64,000 bases of DNA from Trichodelitschia bisporula. Lineage: Eukaryota. Made by a program: the position numbers and the translations under genes. Where the stretch lies: contig ML996699.1 in the NCBI GenBank assembly GCA_010356995.1, positions 651,697 to 715,696 on the forward strand, read 5' to 3'. Positions 23,335-35,480 of the stretch are shown piece after piece (the stretch's first letter is position 1; each line of letters starts with the position of its first letter). The notes beneath the pieces were generated by a model, which saw only the letters and a program-made list of their open reading frames with translations, searched no databases and was not told the origin of the DNA.

Positions 23335-23675
23335 TCACTCCGCACTCCGACTCCTGCTCCTCTCCCNNNNNNNNNNNNNNNNNNNNNNNNNNNNNNNNNN
23401 NNNNNNNNNNNNNNNNNNNNNNNNNNNNNNNNNNNNNNCTCCTTCCTCCCCCCCCCACCACCAGGTACATACCGATCAATCTCCACCCAATCCCTCTGCC
23501 GGCGCAGGGCATCCTTATCCCTACCCCTATCCCTATCGCGGTCCTCTCGGCGGCGGTCGTCTCTATCGCGGAATCTGTCTCGATCACCCCGACGGTCCCG
23601 ATCGTCACGCCGGTCGTTGTGGAACTCGCGTCTATCCCCCCTTTCCCGGTCTCGCTCGCGGTCTCGGTCTCGCTC

Positions 23676-23744
<69 letters not shown>

Positions 23745-25417
23745 ATCGTCACGACGCTCGCGCCCAAGCTTACTCGTATCCCTGTCATCTCTCAACCCTC
23801 CGTCCCGCAAACCACGCCCCTTGATCCCAGGTACATACCGATCAACACCACCGCCGCCACGGCTGCGACTCCGACTACCCCGTCGCGGGCGCCGCCGGTC
23901 TCGTTCCCTCTCACGGGACACTTCCCTGTTATCCCTGTCCCTGTATCCCCCCCTGTGGCTATGGCGCCTTGACGAGCGCGAGCGCCGCCTGTGCCGACTG
24001 ACACTGCGAGTCCTTGAGCGGCTACGCGAGCGGCTGCGGCTCCGACTGCGACTCCGGGAGCGACTGCGCCTCCTCTCGCCGACAGACGCGCTGCGCTCCG
24101 AGGACGCGCGCTCGCGCGGCTCGTACCTATCGTAGTGTCCATGCCTCGGGCGGTCATCCTTGCGGCGCAAACCCGGGGAAAGCGAAAGGCTCGGCCTGTC
24201 GCGGGAGCGGCTGCGGCCCCTTACCGACTCCGGTTTCGTAGAAGAATGAATCTCGACCGGGGGCGTAGACGCCGGTTTCGAATCCAAGCGGGGCAGGCGC
24301 GAGAGACGAGCCGCAACGGGATCGCGCGGGACTATGGACTTAGGGGGCAGGATCTTGCGCGGCGGGGGCTCGAGGGAAGCGTCTATTTCTAGTTCTGGGC
24401 GGTGGCGCGATTTAGTCAGTTTCTCGCTTTCCTTGAGGAGCTCACGCAGGGCGATTTCCTCTAGATCCTTGTCCGTTTCTGGCAGCACAGGCTCTGGTTC
24501 AGGTTTGTGAGGGTCGATGCTAGGTCGGCGGGAGTCGCGGCGATCGTACTCGCGATCGCGGTGATCGCGTCCGCGGTGCCTATTCCTATCGTAGGACGAG
24601 TCGCGGCGGCGCTCGCGCTCGTCGCGGTGCCTCGCTTCATCCTTGCGGCGGCGTTCGCGGCGCTCTTCGCGCTCGCGCTCGTACTCGCGCTCCCTATCGC
24701 GTTCCTCCTTCTCTTGTTCGAGGCGTTTGGCCTCCTCGCGCTCGGCGCGCTCCCTCTCCAATTCCTCTTCCTCTTCGCGGAGGCGGCGGCGCTCGGCCTC
24801 GGCTGCTTTGCGCTCTTCCCGCTCGCGCTGGCGGTCGAGCTCGCGCTCCACTTCTAGTTTCTGCAGGCGCTCCGCCCGGCGCTCTTCGAATTCGTGCGCG
24901 TAGTCTTCTTCGGTTTTGCTGCCGCGGATGCGTTCTTCCTCCGCTGCCTCGTCGCCAATATCCTTGCGGCGCATGTCGCGCAGCGTGAGCTCCGTCTGCT
25001 CCATGAAGCGGGCGAGTATGGCGTCGACGGTATCCTCGGCCGAGCGGTAGACATCGCTGCGCTCGGCGGCGCCCTCAATCAGCGCGGCGGCGTTGCGGCG
25101 GTCTTTGGAGAGAAGGGAGGGTTGGCGGTCTATTTCGGCGTCCGTGAGTTCTTCGAGCGCTTTCTGCATCTTGGGCTTTACATCCTGGGGCGGTTAGCGG
25201 GGTCCTAGTATATAGTCCTACGCACGCTCTGCTCAAACTCAGCGAAGACGGTCTTGCGCAGCTTGTCGAACTCGCCGCTCTTCTTGAATGTGTTGAGGAG
25301 GGTTTCGATGGCGCTGTTTTGTGCGGGGTTGAGGGGGAGGTCGGCGAGTTTAAACGGTTTGCGGACGAATTCCGACTCGTCGGGCTCTGGAGCCTTGGGG
25401 CGCTTGTTGTGCGCCAT
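23335..25417 (-). CDS. BOD1/Shg1 (COMPASS-associated) domain protein with a long RS/RD-rich tail
   Basis: KLADLPL...FKKSGEFDKLRKTVF, intron ~25188-25225, then LLSKDRRNAAALIEGAAERSDVY, a coiled coil, RS and DR repeats, and DRYVPG twice. The end crosses an N gap. The frame ERSRSRSAE-TGA (23335) fits the composition better than the ORF-track frame. Confidence 0.8.
23367..23438. other. Assembly gap (N run)
   Basis: 72 Ns. Confidence 1.
23647..23743. repeat. (CGGTCT)n coding hexamer repeat, giving an Asp-Arg repeat on the minus strand
   Basis: Tandem CGGTCT units inside the RS/RD protein. Confidence 0.95.
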
Positions 25418-25705
25418 GGCGGTTGATTTTGGGGGACTTCAGAGAAATTGGGTATGTTGAGGAGTTTCGTGGAAAGTTCACCGCAACTGTCTGAAAGACG
25501 CGGCGAGTCGGCGGGGGGACGCGATGTCGTCGGAGCCACGTTGTTCCGGGTGACCTTCGACTCTCCCGCAACTCCCCCGACGAGCTCCATCTATCAGCAT
25601 CAACCTCGACAAGTACCAACCACCAACGCCAGCCTGTAGGTGCCAATTCCCCGCACACCCATAGACCGCCGCATCTAACCCTCTCCAGGCTCAACCCTCC
25701 CCACC

Positions 25706-26043
25706 ATGGTGTCCAAGCTCCTCTTTTGGAGCGGCTTCGGTGCGTCCCACCCTCCACCCTCCCTTTCCCCCCACCCATCAAACCCCCACATCCCTCCCAT
25801 CCCCCGCTAACCCCCCCAGGTGTCGCTGTCCGCCTCTGGCAACTCGGCATCGAAATGCGCCCCCTCCTAAACAAGCAAAGCCTATGGGCATACCCCGCCT
25901 ACGCAATGGTGGGCGGCAGTTTCGGGTACTGGCTGCAGGGCGTGGAGGACCGACAACTGAAGATCATGACGGATAGGCGGGATCGGTTGCTGGAGAAGAG
26001 GAAAAAGTATGGGTTGGTGAGGGGGGATGAGGCGGAGGCGTGA
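25706..26043 (+). CDS. NADH:ubiquinone oxidoreductase 14 kDa accessory subunit (NDUFC2/B14.5b-like)
   Basis: MVSKLLFWSGF|GVAVRLWQLGIEMRPLLNKQSLWAYPAYAMVGGSFGYWLQGVEDRQ across intron 25740-25819. Probable 5' UTR intron at 25636-25688. Shares a short divergent promoter with the RS protein gene. Confidence 0.88.
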
Positions 26044-26483
26044 GGATAGGCATTGAGTGTTGGCGAGAAGGGATGCTGGATGAAGAGTGGTACCTGGCAC
26101 GGTCTGCTCGAGGGAGGAGCGTGAGATGTGTATATATCTACTGGATCTTGCGCTTCGGGTTGTGATCGTGGTGGCTAGATGGTTGAAAGGCTGAATTCTC
26201 GTGCCTACAACTCAACGACGTCCTCGTCGCGCATACCTCGAACCCAGGCGCTAACGTGCACATCTCCCTTCACAACCCCGAGCTATCCTTCCCTTCCCCT
26301 TCTCCACACTAAAACCTCGTAATTCCCTAAAATCCCGCGCCCAGGCACCAATGACGTGACCACAAGCGCCGAGCAAGCCAGATCTTCGTTCCGACCTCCC
26401 TTGAACATAAAATTCGTACCACGAACCTTAAAAGGAACCTCCCGCAACTAGCCGTGCAAACCCCCCACCAACAACAACCGACA

Positions 26484-27952
26484 ATGACCACCCCGCCCTC
26501 CCTCCAACGCCCCCGCGGCATCGTCGTTTTCTCCGGCGGCAGCGCCGCCAACAGCCTCGTCGACGTATTCTGCAACGTGGCGGAGGAGCAGCAATGCACG
26601 CTCAGCTACGTCATGCCCATTAGCGACAACGGCGGCAGCTCGTCGGAGCTGATCCGCGTGTTTGGCGGGCCGGGTGCGTATTTCCAGCTCTCTTGCCATA
26701 AAACCATGATCTAACGCGCAGACAGGCATTGGTGATATCAGGAGTACGTTTCTCTAGACACGGCAGCTGTGCGAGGCGTGGTGTAGCTAACCCCCCAGGC
26801 CGCCTCGTGCGCCTAATCCCCTCGTCCCCCGACCCGGAACCCACGGCCATCAAAGCGCTCTTCAACTACCGGCTCCCACCACACTCCGCCTCCGCCCGCA
26901 GCGAATGGCTCGACATCGTCGAAGCGCGGCACGCGCTCTGGACACACATCTCACCGGAGAAACTCGAACTAATCCGCTCCTTCCTCAACCTCCTAAACCT
27001 CGAAATTGTCAAACGCGCCCGGCCAACCAGCGTCTTCGACTTCGCCGGCGCCAGCATCGGAAACCTGTTCCTAACCGGCGCACGCCTGTTCCTCGGCTCT
27101 CTCGCCAGCGCCATATACCTCTTCACCAGCATAACCCGCACGCCAGAAGGCATCTCCGTCCTGCCCGCGCTGAACACGAACTTCACGCACCACATCGCGG
27201 CGGGGTTGGTGGACGACTCCCCGCCCATCATCGGGCAAAACGCCATTTCCCACCCCTCAGCCCCGACTTCGCTCCCTTCCCTCGCCGACGTCGATGCAAC
27301 CGAGGACGCCAATCCGCCGGGTAGTCATCCGCACCTGCGTCGCTCGGCACTGGCGTTCAGCAAGGCAGACCAAGATGCCCTCACGGCCCGGATTCAGCGT
27401 GTGTGGTACATAAACCCGTACGGCGCGGAGATCCGCCTGTCCGCCTCCCCGGCCGTCGTCTCCGCCCTGGGACAAGCCCGCGCGGTTATCTATTCGATTG
27501 GGAGTCTGTACACGTCCCTCGCGCCGACGCTAATCCTCCGCCATGTGGGCGAGGCGCTGGCCACCGGCCCGGCGCGGTACAAAATCCTCCTCCTGAACGC
27601 GACGATCGATCGCGAGACGGGCCCGCCGGGGGACCCAATGGGGGCGGTGGAGTTTGTCGAAGCAGTCGTGCGGGCCGCAGCCTACAGCCGTGGTTTGGAG
27701 ACAGAGGTCCCGCGGTCCGAGTGGGCGGCGTATGTGACGCATGTTGTGTATCTGGACGGGGAGGGAGCGCCGGTTGTGGATCGCGCGGAGCTGGCGAAGT
27801 GGGGAGTTGAAGCTGTACGGTGCTATGGAAGGAACGAGGGCGGGATGTTGAGGTTTGATGGAAGGGGATTGGAGCAGGTTCTTACGGCTATTATGGGGAA
27901 GGGGGAGGGCGGGAGTGGGAGGATGGCGAGGAGGTTTACGCTGGGGCAGTAG
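26484..27952 (+). CDS. CofD/UPF0052 (YvcK-like, yeast YNL011C-like) protein
   Basis: IVVFSGGSAANSL, ISDNGGSSSELIRVFGGP|GIGDIR|SRL via an 18 nt microexon at 26726-26743, ASIGNLFLTGARLF, GQNAISHP, YSIGSLYTSL. Confidence 0.92.
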
Positions 27953-28221
27953 GTTGTAGTGGAAGCAAGGCTTCACACTTGCAACAGGCAACTGTGTGAA
28001 GTGAAGATTGGGGCAAAGTCGAGGAGAAGAAGAGTGTCCGAGACTCTCGAGACTATACATGATGCCATATACCCTCCTATGCTCCTTCCTCCCATCATGC
28101 GCACATCACATCATGTTACTTCCCAAGAGTGATAGCTCCTTTCTCCCATATCAACGCTCCTGCCTCATTTCTACATCAGTTAGTGATAGGAGAGGGTCAC
28201 GGTCAAAGGCATACGACAAAG

Positions 28222-29125
28222 GCACTTCATTCCCTCTCCGTATCGTATTCCTCGTCCATCGCCGCCATCGCAACCATCCCATCCCGCCAGCGCCGCACAC
28301 CGTACCAAGCGTTCACGTAGTAAAACTCTGTCACCACGTTGGTGGCCTTCGGGGACGACCTCAAGGTAAGATAAGTCCCTTCACGACGCCAACGTGATGA
28401 TCGAGAACGATTACGCAAGCGCTTGCAACAGCGCGCAGCGCCAGCAGCACTTCCTTCCACCTCCGCACCATCTTTCCCGCCCATCGCCGCCAGCACACAC
28501 CGTCGCATCCCCCCAGCGCCGCACACCGCACCAATCCTTTTCCTCATTGTTCTCCGTCATCACGTCGGCGTCGTAGAATGGCCCCAAGGTCGTCCTGTCT
28601 TCCTTTTCGCGCCTCCACAACACCACCGTGATGTCCGAAAACAGCGAAGAAAACACTTGCAACAGCATGTGGCGCCGGCGGACCCTTCCTTCCGCCCACA
28701 TTACCTTTCCCCTTCATGGCCACCATCCCATACCAGACCGTCCGCTAGCACCGCGCACCCAAGCAAGCGTTCGCGCAGTCGGATTCTGTCCCGACGATAG
28801 TGTCCTTCGGGAATGGCCTCAAGGAAGTCCCTTCACGACGCCATCGTCATGAGCGAGTTTGACAACGCAAACGCTCGCAACAGCACGCAGCGCCAGCGCC
28901 ACTTCCCTCCACCCACGCACCATCCTTCCCGTCCACCACCGCCATGCAACCAGACCGTCCCGCCAGTGCCGCAGCACTCTCACCACCATTGCCGAAATCG
29001 GATCCAGTCACGACGATGGCGTTCTTCGGAGACGACCTCGCGGTAAGATAAGTCCCTTTACGACGCCGACGTCATGTCAGAATCGGATTACGCCGATGTT
29101 TGCGAGAGTGTTGCAGCACTGGTAG
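28222..29125 (+). repeat. Degenerate tandem array of about four ~226 bp units
   Basis: AGTCCCTT(C/T)ACGACGCC at 28374, 28826 and 29051. GGTAAGATAAGTCCCTT at 28365 and 29042. GCAACAGC followed by a CTTCC-containing motif recurs once per unit. Confidence 0.8.
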
Positions 29126-29905
29126 GACGATGAAGGGGGGAAGGGAAGCCCCGTCGGATGATCTGTGGGAGAGGAGAGGTATATACACGCTGCGTGCGTC
29201 ATGTGACCTGATAGCCGGTAAAGTGAAGTCGCCTCGACAAGTGGGTGGTTGAGGGCGGGGTTCGGATGAGGGGGTCAGGGTCGAGGCATGATCATACGGT
29301 GTCCCATTCTGTCTACGTATGGTCTTTGTATCGTTCATCATTCCCATCGCACACCATCCCGTCCAGAGACGGCTCGAAGCTTGCGTAGAAGTTGCTGTAG
29401 TCCGCTTCAGTCACGACAATGGCGTCCTTGGGAGTGAACTCGCTGTCGTCATGGTTTTCCTCGAGACCCTTCCATGACGCCTTCGTGATGACAGAAGCAG
29501 GACCACATCGACTTCTGCGCAAGCTTCGAGCCATTTCAGGACGACGGGGACGCCATGGAGAGACAGGACCCAGTGCACCTCCCTCTGGAACAAGCGGAAG
29601 CTTCCCGGTCATGGCATGCACGTTTTCGCTCATTGTATCGACCCGAACCATCCAGGGTGTGACTCTCCAAGTGTAAAAAGGCATCGACCTTGTGCAGCGA
29701 GCAGTGTGTGAGCCAGCGATTGGCGCGCCCTGGATACCTCAGTTCGATTACAGTGTGCAGAGACGTGCATGCCATGAACGTGGAGCCCGGTACGCGTGTT
29801 CCAGAGAGTTGTGAACTGGGATCTGATATCGTGTCAACCATCGCCATTATTCGTATTCATCGTCAGACCTCCCTACAACAGACCCATCATCCTCAGCACG
29901 CACCA

Positions 29906-30559
29906 CTACGTCCTCCCCCCACCCCTCCCCTCCTCCCCCGTCTCCCACCCATTCCTCTCAAGCCACTTCTCCAGCCCCCTCTCAAGCCACCCTTCCATCC
30001 CCATCCCCACCCCCCCAACCCGTCCCGGCTCACTCTGCACACCCAGCCTCCGTCCCCTCAACTCACTCCCAATTTCCAAACCCCTCTGCCTCTCCGCCTC
30101 CGGCACACCCCCACTCGCCACATTCCTCCCCCCCGTCCCCACCGCGCCCACCCCATCCGCCCTCCTCCCCAGCGCCTCAATCTCCTCCACCAACCCATCA
30201 ACACCCGCATCGCGCCACACCGCGGCACCTGGCTTGGGCCGGGACAGCGCGCGCGCGATGCCGAAGGCGGCGTGTTGGGGCGGGATTACGTCGCTGTCGT
30301 CGTCTTCTGGGACTGGGGGGTCGAGAGCCGGGGGGAGAGGGATGGGGTCTGGAGCCAGCAGGCCCCAGGTTGGGGCGGGGCGTGGGTGGTGGAGGAGGTT
30401 GGGGGGGGTGGGATTCGGGGCGTGGGGCGGGCGGGTAAAGTCTTCTAGTAGGTCGGCGTGGTGGGGGGCGTGCAGGTGAAGGGCGGTGCGGGAGGAGTCG
30501 CGTGCCTATGGGGGGTTAGTCATTTGCATGTTTTTGAGGGGACGAGTTGGAGATACCAT
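29906..30559 (-). CDS. APC13: Anaphase-promoting complex subunit Apc13-like protein
   Basis: The first coding exon is ATG only, followed by intron 30506-30556 (GTATCT..ACTAAC..TAG). Then ARDSSRTALHLH...ADLLEDF...EDDSDVIPPQHAAFGI...VWRDAGVDGL, resembling fungal Apc13. Not given intact by the ORF track. Confidence 0.7.
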
Positions 30560-32153
30560 TTTGTGTGTGCGTTTGTGTCTGTGAAGAGGTAGAGCTGGAG
30601 GTGTGTAGAGGAAGGAGGATTGTAATGTAGAGTGGTTGGAGAGGTTGAAGGCGGATTTGCGGGGTAGAAAGCAGAATTGCTTAACTGGAGGTGGTCGGAA
30701 GTCGCGATGGGTTGTGTGGGTGTTGATGCTGTAATGACAGGCAGATGAATTTAGAAGGTGAGGTTGTGGGCACGAAGTAGGGTTGATTTTGGTTGGAGAA
30801 GTCGAGATGTCGTGACGATGACCGTTTGGTGTTGACGGGCGGGCATGCCAAGCAGCCCCACCCCGACCCCTGCCACCAACATCACCGCCACAGTGGCTGT
30901 CCACGCCGTTGTGGCTGACCACGCCGTAGCGAGCGGCGCAGCAATTGGGCTGGCGAAGGCGCATCACCACTCTCTTCCCTCCTCCATCTAACACCCACAC
31001 ACTGCACATCATCAGATGCATCAAGCATCAGAACGAATCAATCGCACATTCGCAGGATGATACGCCAGACTTCCAGACTGTCCAGACCACATCAGGCCAC
31101 CCCATCCCTTACCCCAACCCGCGGCACCATGGAGGCTCCATCCCGCTGCATCCGTCAAACCTAATACCAGCATACATTGCCCGCATCCGGCTCTTCCATA
31201 TTACCTCAATCCTGGAGGAAGCGTGGCCTCGACGCGGATGGCCCCGCTTTCTCGCTTGCGTGTTGCATGTGTACTTTTCTATGGTAAACAAGCTTGACGG
31301 ACCGAAAGTCACTCGCTTGCGTTCTCCGTCTCGTCTCGCCTTTCGTCTACTTCTTCTTCCCCGCTTCGCTCTCCTCATTTCGTCCGCGTTAGCTCCCCAA
31401 GACATGAGGCTAGACGCCGAGCGCAAGGCCGACTGTCTGGCGCAAAGGGTCGAGCAAAGCTTCTTCTCCTGCCCTGACGGATTTCCCGAGAACAGCGAGC
31501 GATTGACATTGAGATTGAGATTGAGATTGAGCAAGATGATCCAAGTTCTTCATCAGACACTGTCATCAAAGACTCCCATTGACCAATCCACCCCATCCTC
31601 ATCACGCAAGCACGGGAACGTCAATGCCACTCCACCCCATCCACCCGCGGCATCTCCCCCTCCCTCCCCTCCACTCCCACCATTACACCCGTCCCCGGCC
31701 GAAGGATGGCCCACGCCCGTGCGATATTGTGCCCCCAAAAGCGCGCGTCTCGCGCTGATTTGGCCCGTCGAGCATTCCCGGCCACATTTGCTACGTTCTG
31801 GCTCCTACGCTGATCGACGCTGCGTGCAGAACGTGCAGTCAGTCGAGTCAGGTGAGGGATGGGACGAATGGACCAAGGGGGCCTTTTCCGCCCCGCATGC
31901 GAGTAGAGAGAAGGATCACTATGTAAGAAGATGGGGGCGGCGCGGGCGGGCGGGCTTTGTCCTTGTAGTTCTTGTTGCCGCTTGGCCTTTGTTCACCGGT
32001 TGCTTTAGGGAGAGGGTTAAAGAGAGGCTTAGGGAGCGCGCTTGTGCCGCCGTGCTGACGGAGGTGAGATGAGCTTGTGCGTTGCTTGGGGTTGGTGCCG
32101 ATTGAATACGGACTTGTTTCGTGTTTGAAGCTTCGCCTTACTTCTTCCTTTTT

Positions 32154-32190
32154 CTGCTTCTTCTTCTTCTTCTTCTTCTTCTTCTTCTTC
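32154..32190. repeat. (TTC)n microsatellite
   Basis: About 11 TTC units upstream of the WD40 gene. Confidence 0.95.
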
Positions 32191-32351
32191 TCCCTTTTAC
32201 CGTACTCTCTCCCCTACGGCGAAAACAGAAGAGAAAGACGCAGAAGGTGCGGCGGTAGAAGTGCGGTCGAGTACTTCCCCAAAGAGTCGCCTCGAAGCCT
32301 CATGAACCTGTCGCCCTACTGCCAGCCAAGCGTTGTCTCGTCAGCCACGGG

Positions 32352-34909
32352 ATGCGAAATGATGCCATGGCCGTGGCCGCCTCCAGTGCCACAGCACCGG
32401 CAACCACACCAGCGCGGAGCGACAACATCAACACCAACAACTCGTCGCAATCATTATCAACATCCGCATCCACAGCGACAGCAGCATCGCGCCGTAAATA
32501 CTCCGACACCTATATTCCCTCAGCACCATCCGCACCCTCACCACCCTCCAAATCACCCAATCTTAAAAGCCTCAAATCCAACAACGCGCGCTTCTTCACC
32601 TTCACCCTCCCCTACCCGCACCCGCACGCCTCCCCCATCCCGGCTACAATCGAAGAAGAGTCCGATCTCTCCGACGATCCCAGCGTCGAGGCGTCGCAAC
32701 CGCATTCACTCTACTCCCATGGTACACCTTCTCCCCCCTCACCCACCCTCTCACCCCTTCTTACCAGTCCCATAGGAATCCCCCCAACCTCAGCGGCCAT
32801 GATATCCCCCCGACCCTCCTCCCCCACCATGCGCCGCACCCGCACAACCGCCCTCCCCGTCTCAACAAGCACAACAACCCCCTCCCCCTCCCTCTCCCCC
32901 ACCACCACCGAGTCGCCCGATGACCGCGCCCGCGCCGATAAACCCCCGCCCGCCACCAAACGCGCGCAAACAATGCAAGTCCCCAAGCACCGCGACGTGG
33001 ACAAGCTCGCCAGCGCATCCACCTTCCCCGTCGACCCCAACAGTGGCATAGACGGCCCCAGCGACATTCCCGGCCGGGAGAAAAAGAAAGGCGTCTCCTT
33101 CCTCAGCCGCTTTATCGGCACCAAGAAACGGCCCGAGTCTATTGCTCCCGAAGGGTCGGATGCGGGGGAGAGCACCCGGCCCGAGGGCACGGATGCGCAG
33201 GTCTTCTCGCACCCGGTGGGGGATAACTTTAGTTTTACCCCCCGGCACCCGCAGCCGCCGGCGTACATCAAGGTCCGGGCCAAGAACAAAAAGGAGCGCG
33301 ATTTCGACCGGCTGTTTCTAGCGCAGGAGCTGCGCGCCGGAGTCGAGGTGCGGCGCGCGCCCGGCGTGCGCCCCGCGGGCTCTTCGGGTGCGGCGGACGA
33401 GAATGCGGTTTGGGCGACGGAGTGGAGCGAGGATGGGAAGTATCTGGCCACCGGCGGGGGGGATCAGGTCGTGCGTGTGTGGGCCGTGCTGGGCACGCCT
33501 GAGGAGCGGCGAGAGCATGAGAGGGAGGAGGATGCGGCGAGTAAGGGGGGAAGTAGACTGCGGCTTGACGCGCCTGTGTTTCGGCGGAGTGTGGTCCGCG
33601 AGTATGAGGGGCATGAGGGGGCGGTTATCGATTTGAGCTGGAGCAAGGTATGCGCCTTTAGGGGAAACGGGGCGCGCGCTGACAAGGGCAGAATAACTTC
33701 CTCCTCTCCTCCTCCTACGACAAAACGGTGCGTCTGTGGCATGTTTCCCGCGCTGAATGTCTGTGTACCTTCAAGCACAGCGAGCACGTCCTCAGCATCG
33801 CCTTCCACCCCCGCGATGATCGGTTCTTCCTCGCCGGGAGCCGGGATATGAAGTTACGCCTCTGGAGCATCCCGGACAAGAGCGTAGCCTTCTGGAAACC
33901 CCTCCCGGAGATCATAACCGCCGTCGCCTTTTCCCCCGACGGCAAAACCGCGATCGCGGGTACTATCGCCGGCACCCTCTCTTTCCACGACACAGACGGG
34001 CTCAGGCCCCTAAGCACCCTCCCCCTCCGCCCCCCCCGCGCCGCCCGCGCCGCCGCTAAAATCGCGTCCCTGAGCACGTTCGCCTCACCCCCAGGGTCCA
34101 CCAATATAAAACTCCTCGTCAGCAGCGCAGACTCGCGGATCCGCATTTTCAATCTCCGCGATAGGACGCTCGATCTCAAACTCAAAGGCCACAAAGCAGA
34201 CTCCCTCCCCATCCGCGCCGCCGCGTCCAGCGATGCGCGCTTCGTGATCGCGGGGAGCGAGGACCGAGGCGCATACATCTGGTCCCTAGACGGCGGTGCG
34301 CCGCCCGATGTGCCGGTTGAGAGCTTCGCGCCCCACGCATCCAAAACAACAGCCGCGCTCCTCGCCCCCCTCCAAACGCACCACCTCCTCTCCGCCTCCC
34401 GCGACCCGCTCTTCGACCTCTGCAACCCCCCGCCTATAACCCTGCGCCCGGCAGGCGGAGCCGAAGGCGACGCCCCCATCCCCGCCCCCCCGCCTCCCCC
34501 TAGCGCAGCGTATCTCGCCCGCTGCGCCCACCCGGGCGGACACATCGTCGTCACAGCGAGTTCCACCGGTGCCTTACGCGTGTACCGCCAGGACTGCGCC
34601 GCGCATAAGAGGGACGGGGATGCGGTTAGCGTGTTTAGTAGGAGGACGGGCGGGTCGAGACGCGGGGTTAGGAGGGGGAGTGATGCGAGTCAGGCCCCGC
34701 GGGAACGGATTTTGAGTTGGAGGGAGGGGGTTGGGAGTGTGGTTAGTTTGGCGGAGAGGGGGAGTCCGGCGGGGGGAGGGAACGCAAGCGTGGGGTTGGG
34801 GGTAAGGGCGGGAGGTGGTGGGAGGGGGGATGCGGCGAGCGTAGCCTCGTTCCCCGGGACGGCAGCGTCGGGCGCTTCGCTCCCTGCCTCGCAGCAGCCG
34901 GCGGCGTAG
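32352..34909 (+). CDS. WD40-repeat protein of the WDR44/Dgr2 type
   Basis: Disordered N-terminus, PQPPAYIKVRAKNKKERDFDRLFLAQEL, AVWATEWSEDGKYLATGG, DLSWSK|NNFLLSSSYDKTVRLWH across intron 33648-33691, FHPRDDRFFLAGS. The start codon is uncertain and the true end may be 35023 (see findings). Confidence 0.9.
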
Positions 34910-35480
34910 AATGCGGGTTGGGTGCAGAGTGCGGGGCAGAGTGCGGCGTTTTGGAATACGGCGGAGGGGAGTGAGAGGGCGAGTGTGCTTACTAGTGAGG
35001 TGGAGGGTGAGGAGCGGAGGTAGTCGAGGAAAAGGATGGGAGGAGTTGGGCGGAGCATGGTATTTGGCATTTCGGCGATTTGGTTTGTACTTATGTGGGA
35101 GTAGATGGCGGAGGATCATTGGGAAGATGGTAGACTAAGCGTATTCGCGTTTAGGCTAGAATACACAGCGGCGTCGCGAGAGGCGCCGGAACCCAAAACC
35201 GTGTTGTTCGCGGTAAATATCATGTCCACAGCACATCAGCAACATGGCGTGATGTTCTTCTTCCCCCGCAAAGCAAACGCAAGACAAGACGACCCGCCAC
35301 CCATGCAGAAAGCACACGATGCCACATACTCACCATTCCCGCTTTGAGAGCGCGTTCCACACACACACCATCCGTGTCCAGATGTATTCGTGATCCATAC
35401 GTCGTAAATTTTTGGTCTTCTCCATGCTGCTCTTCCTCCGCCTCCGCTCATTACCCCGCCCAACCTCCGCCTGCTCCCCT

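Noticed and set aside
23254..24135. Plus-strand RS-rich 293 aa ORF
   Set aside because: Antisense shadow of the RD/RS repeats of the minus-strand gene.
26225..26255. B-box-like GGTTCGA on the minus strand suggesting a tRNA
   Set aside because: No cloverleaf stems or A box could be built around it.
28222..29125. Repeat-spacer array suggested by the recurring 17-mer
   Set aside because: The sequences between the 17-mers are also homologous to one another, so it is a degenerate tandem duplication.
30945..32072. 375 aa ORF
   Set aside because: Non-ATG start, no recognisable domain, and it runs through low-complexity repeats. Probably promoter/UTR sequence between APC13 and the WD40 gene.
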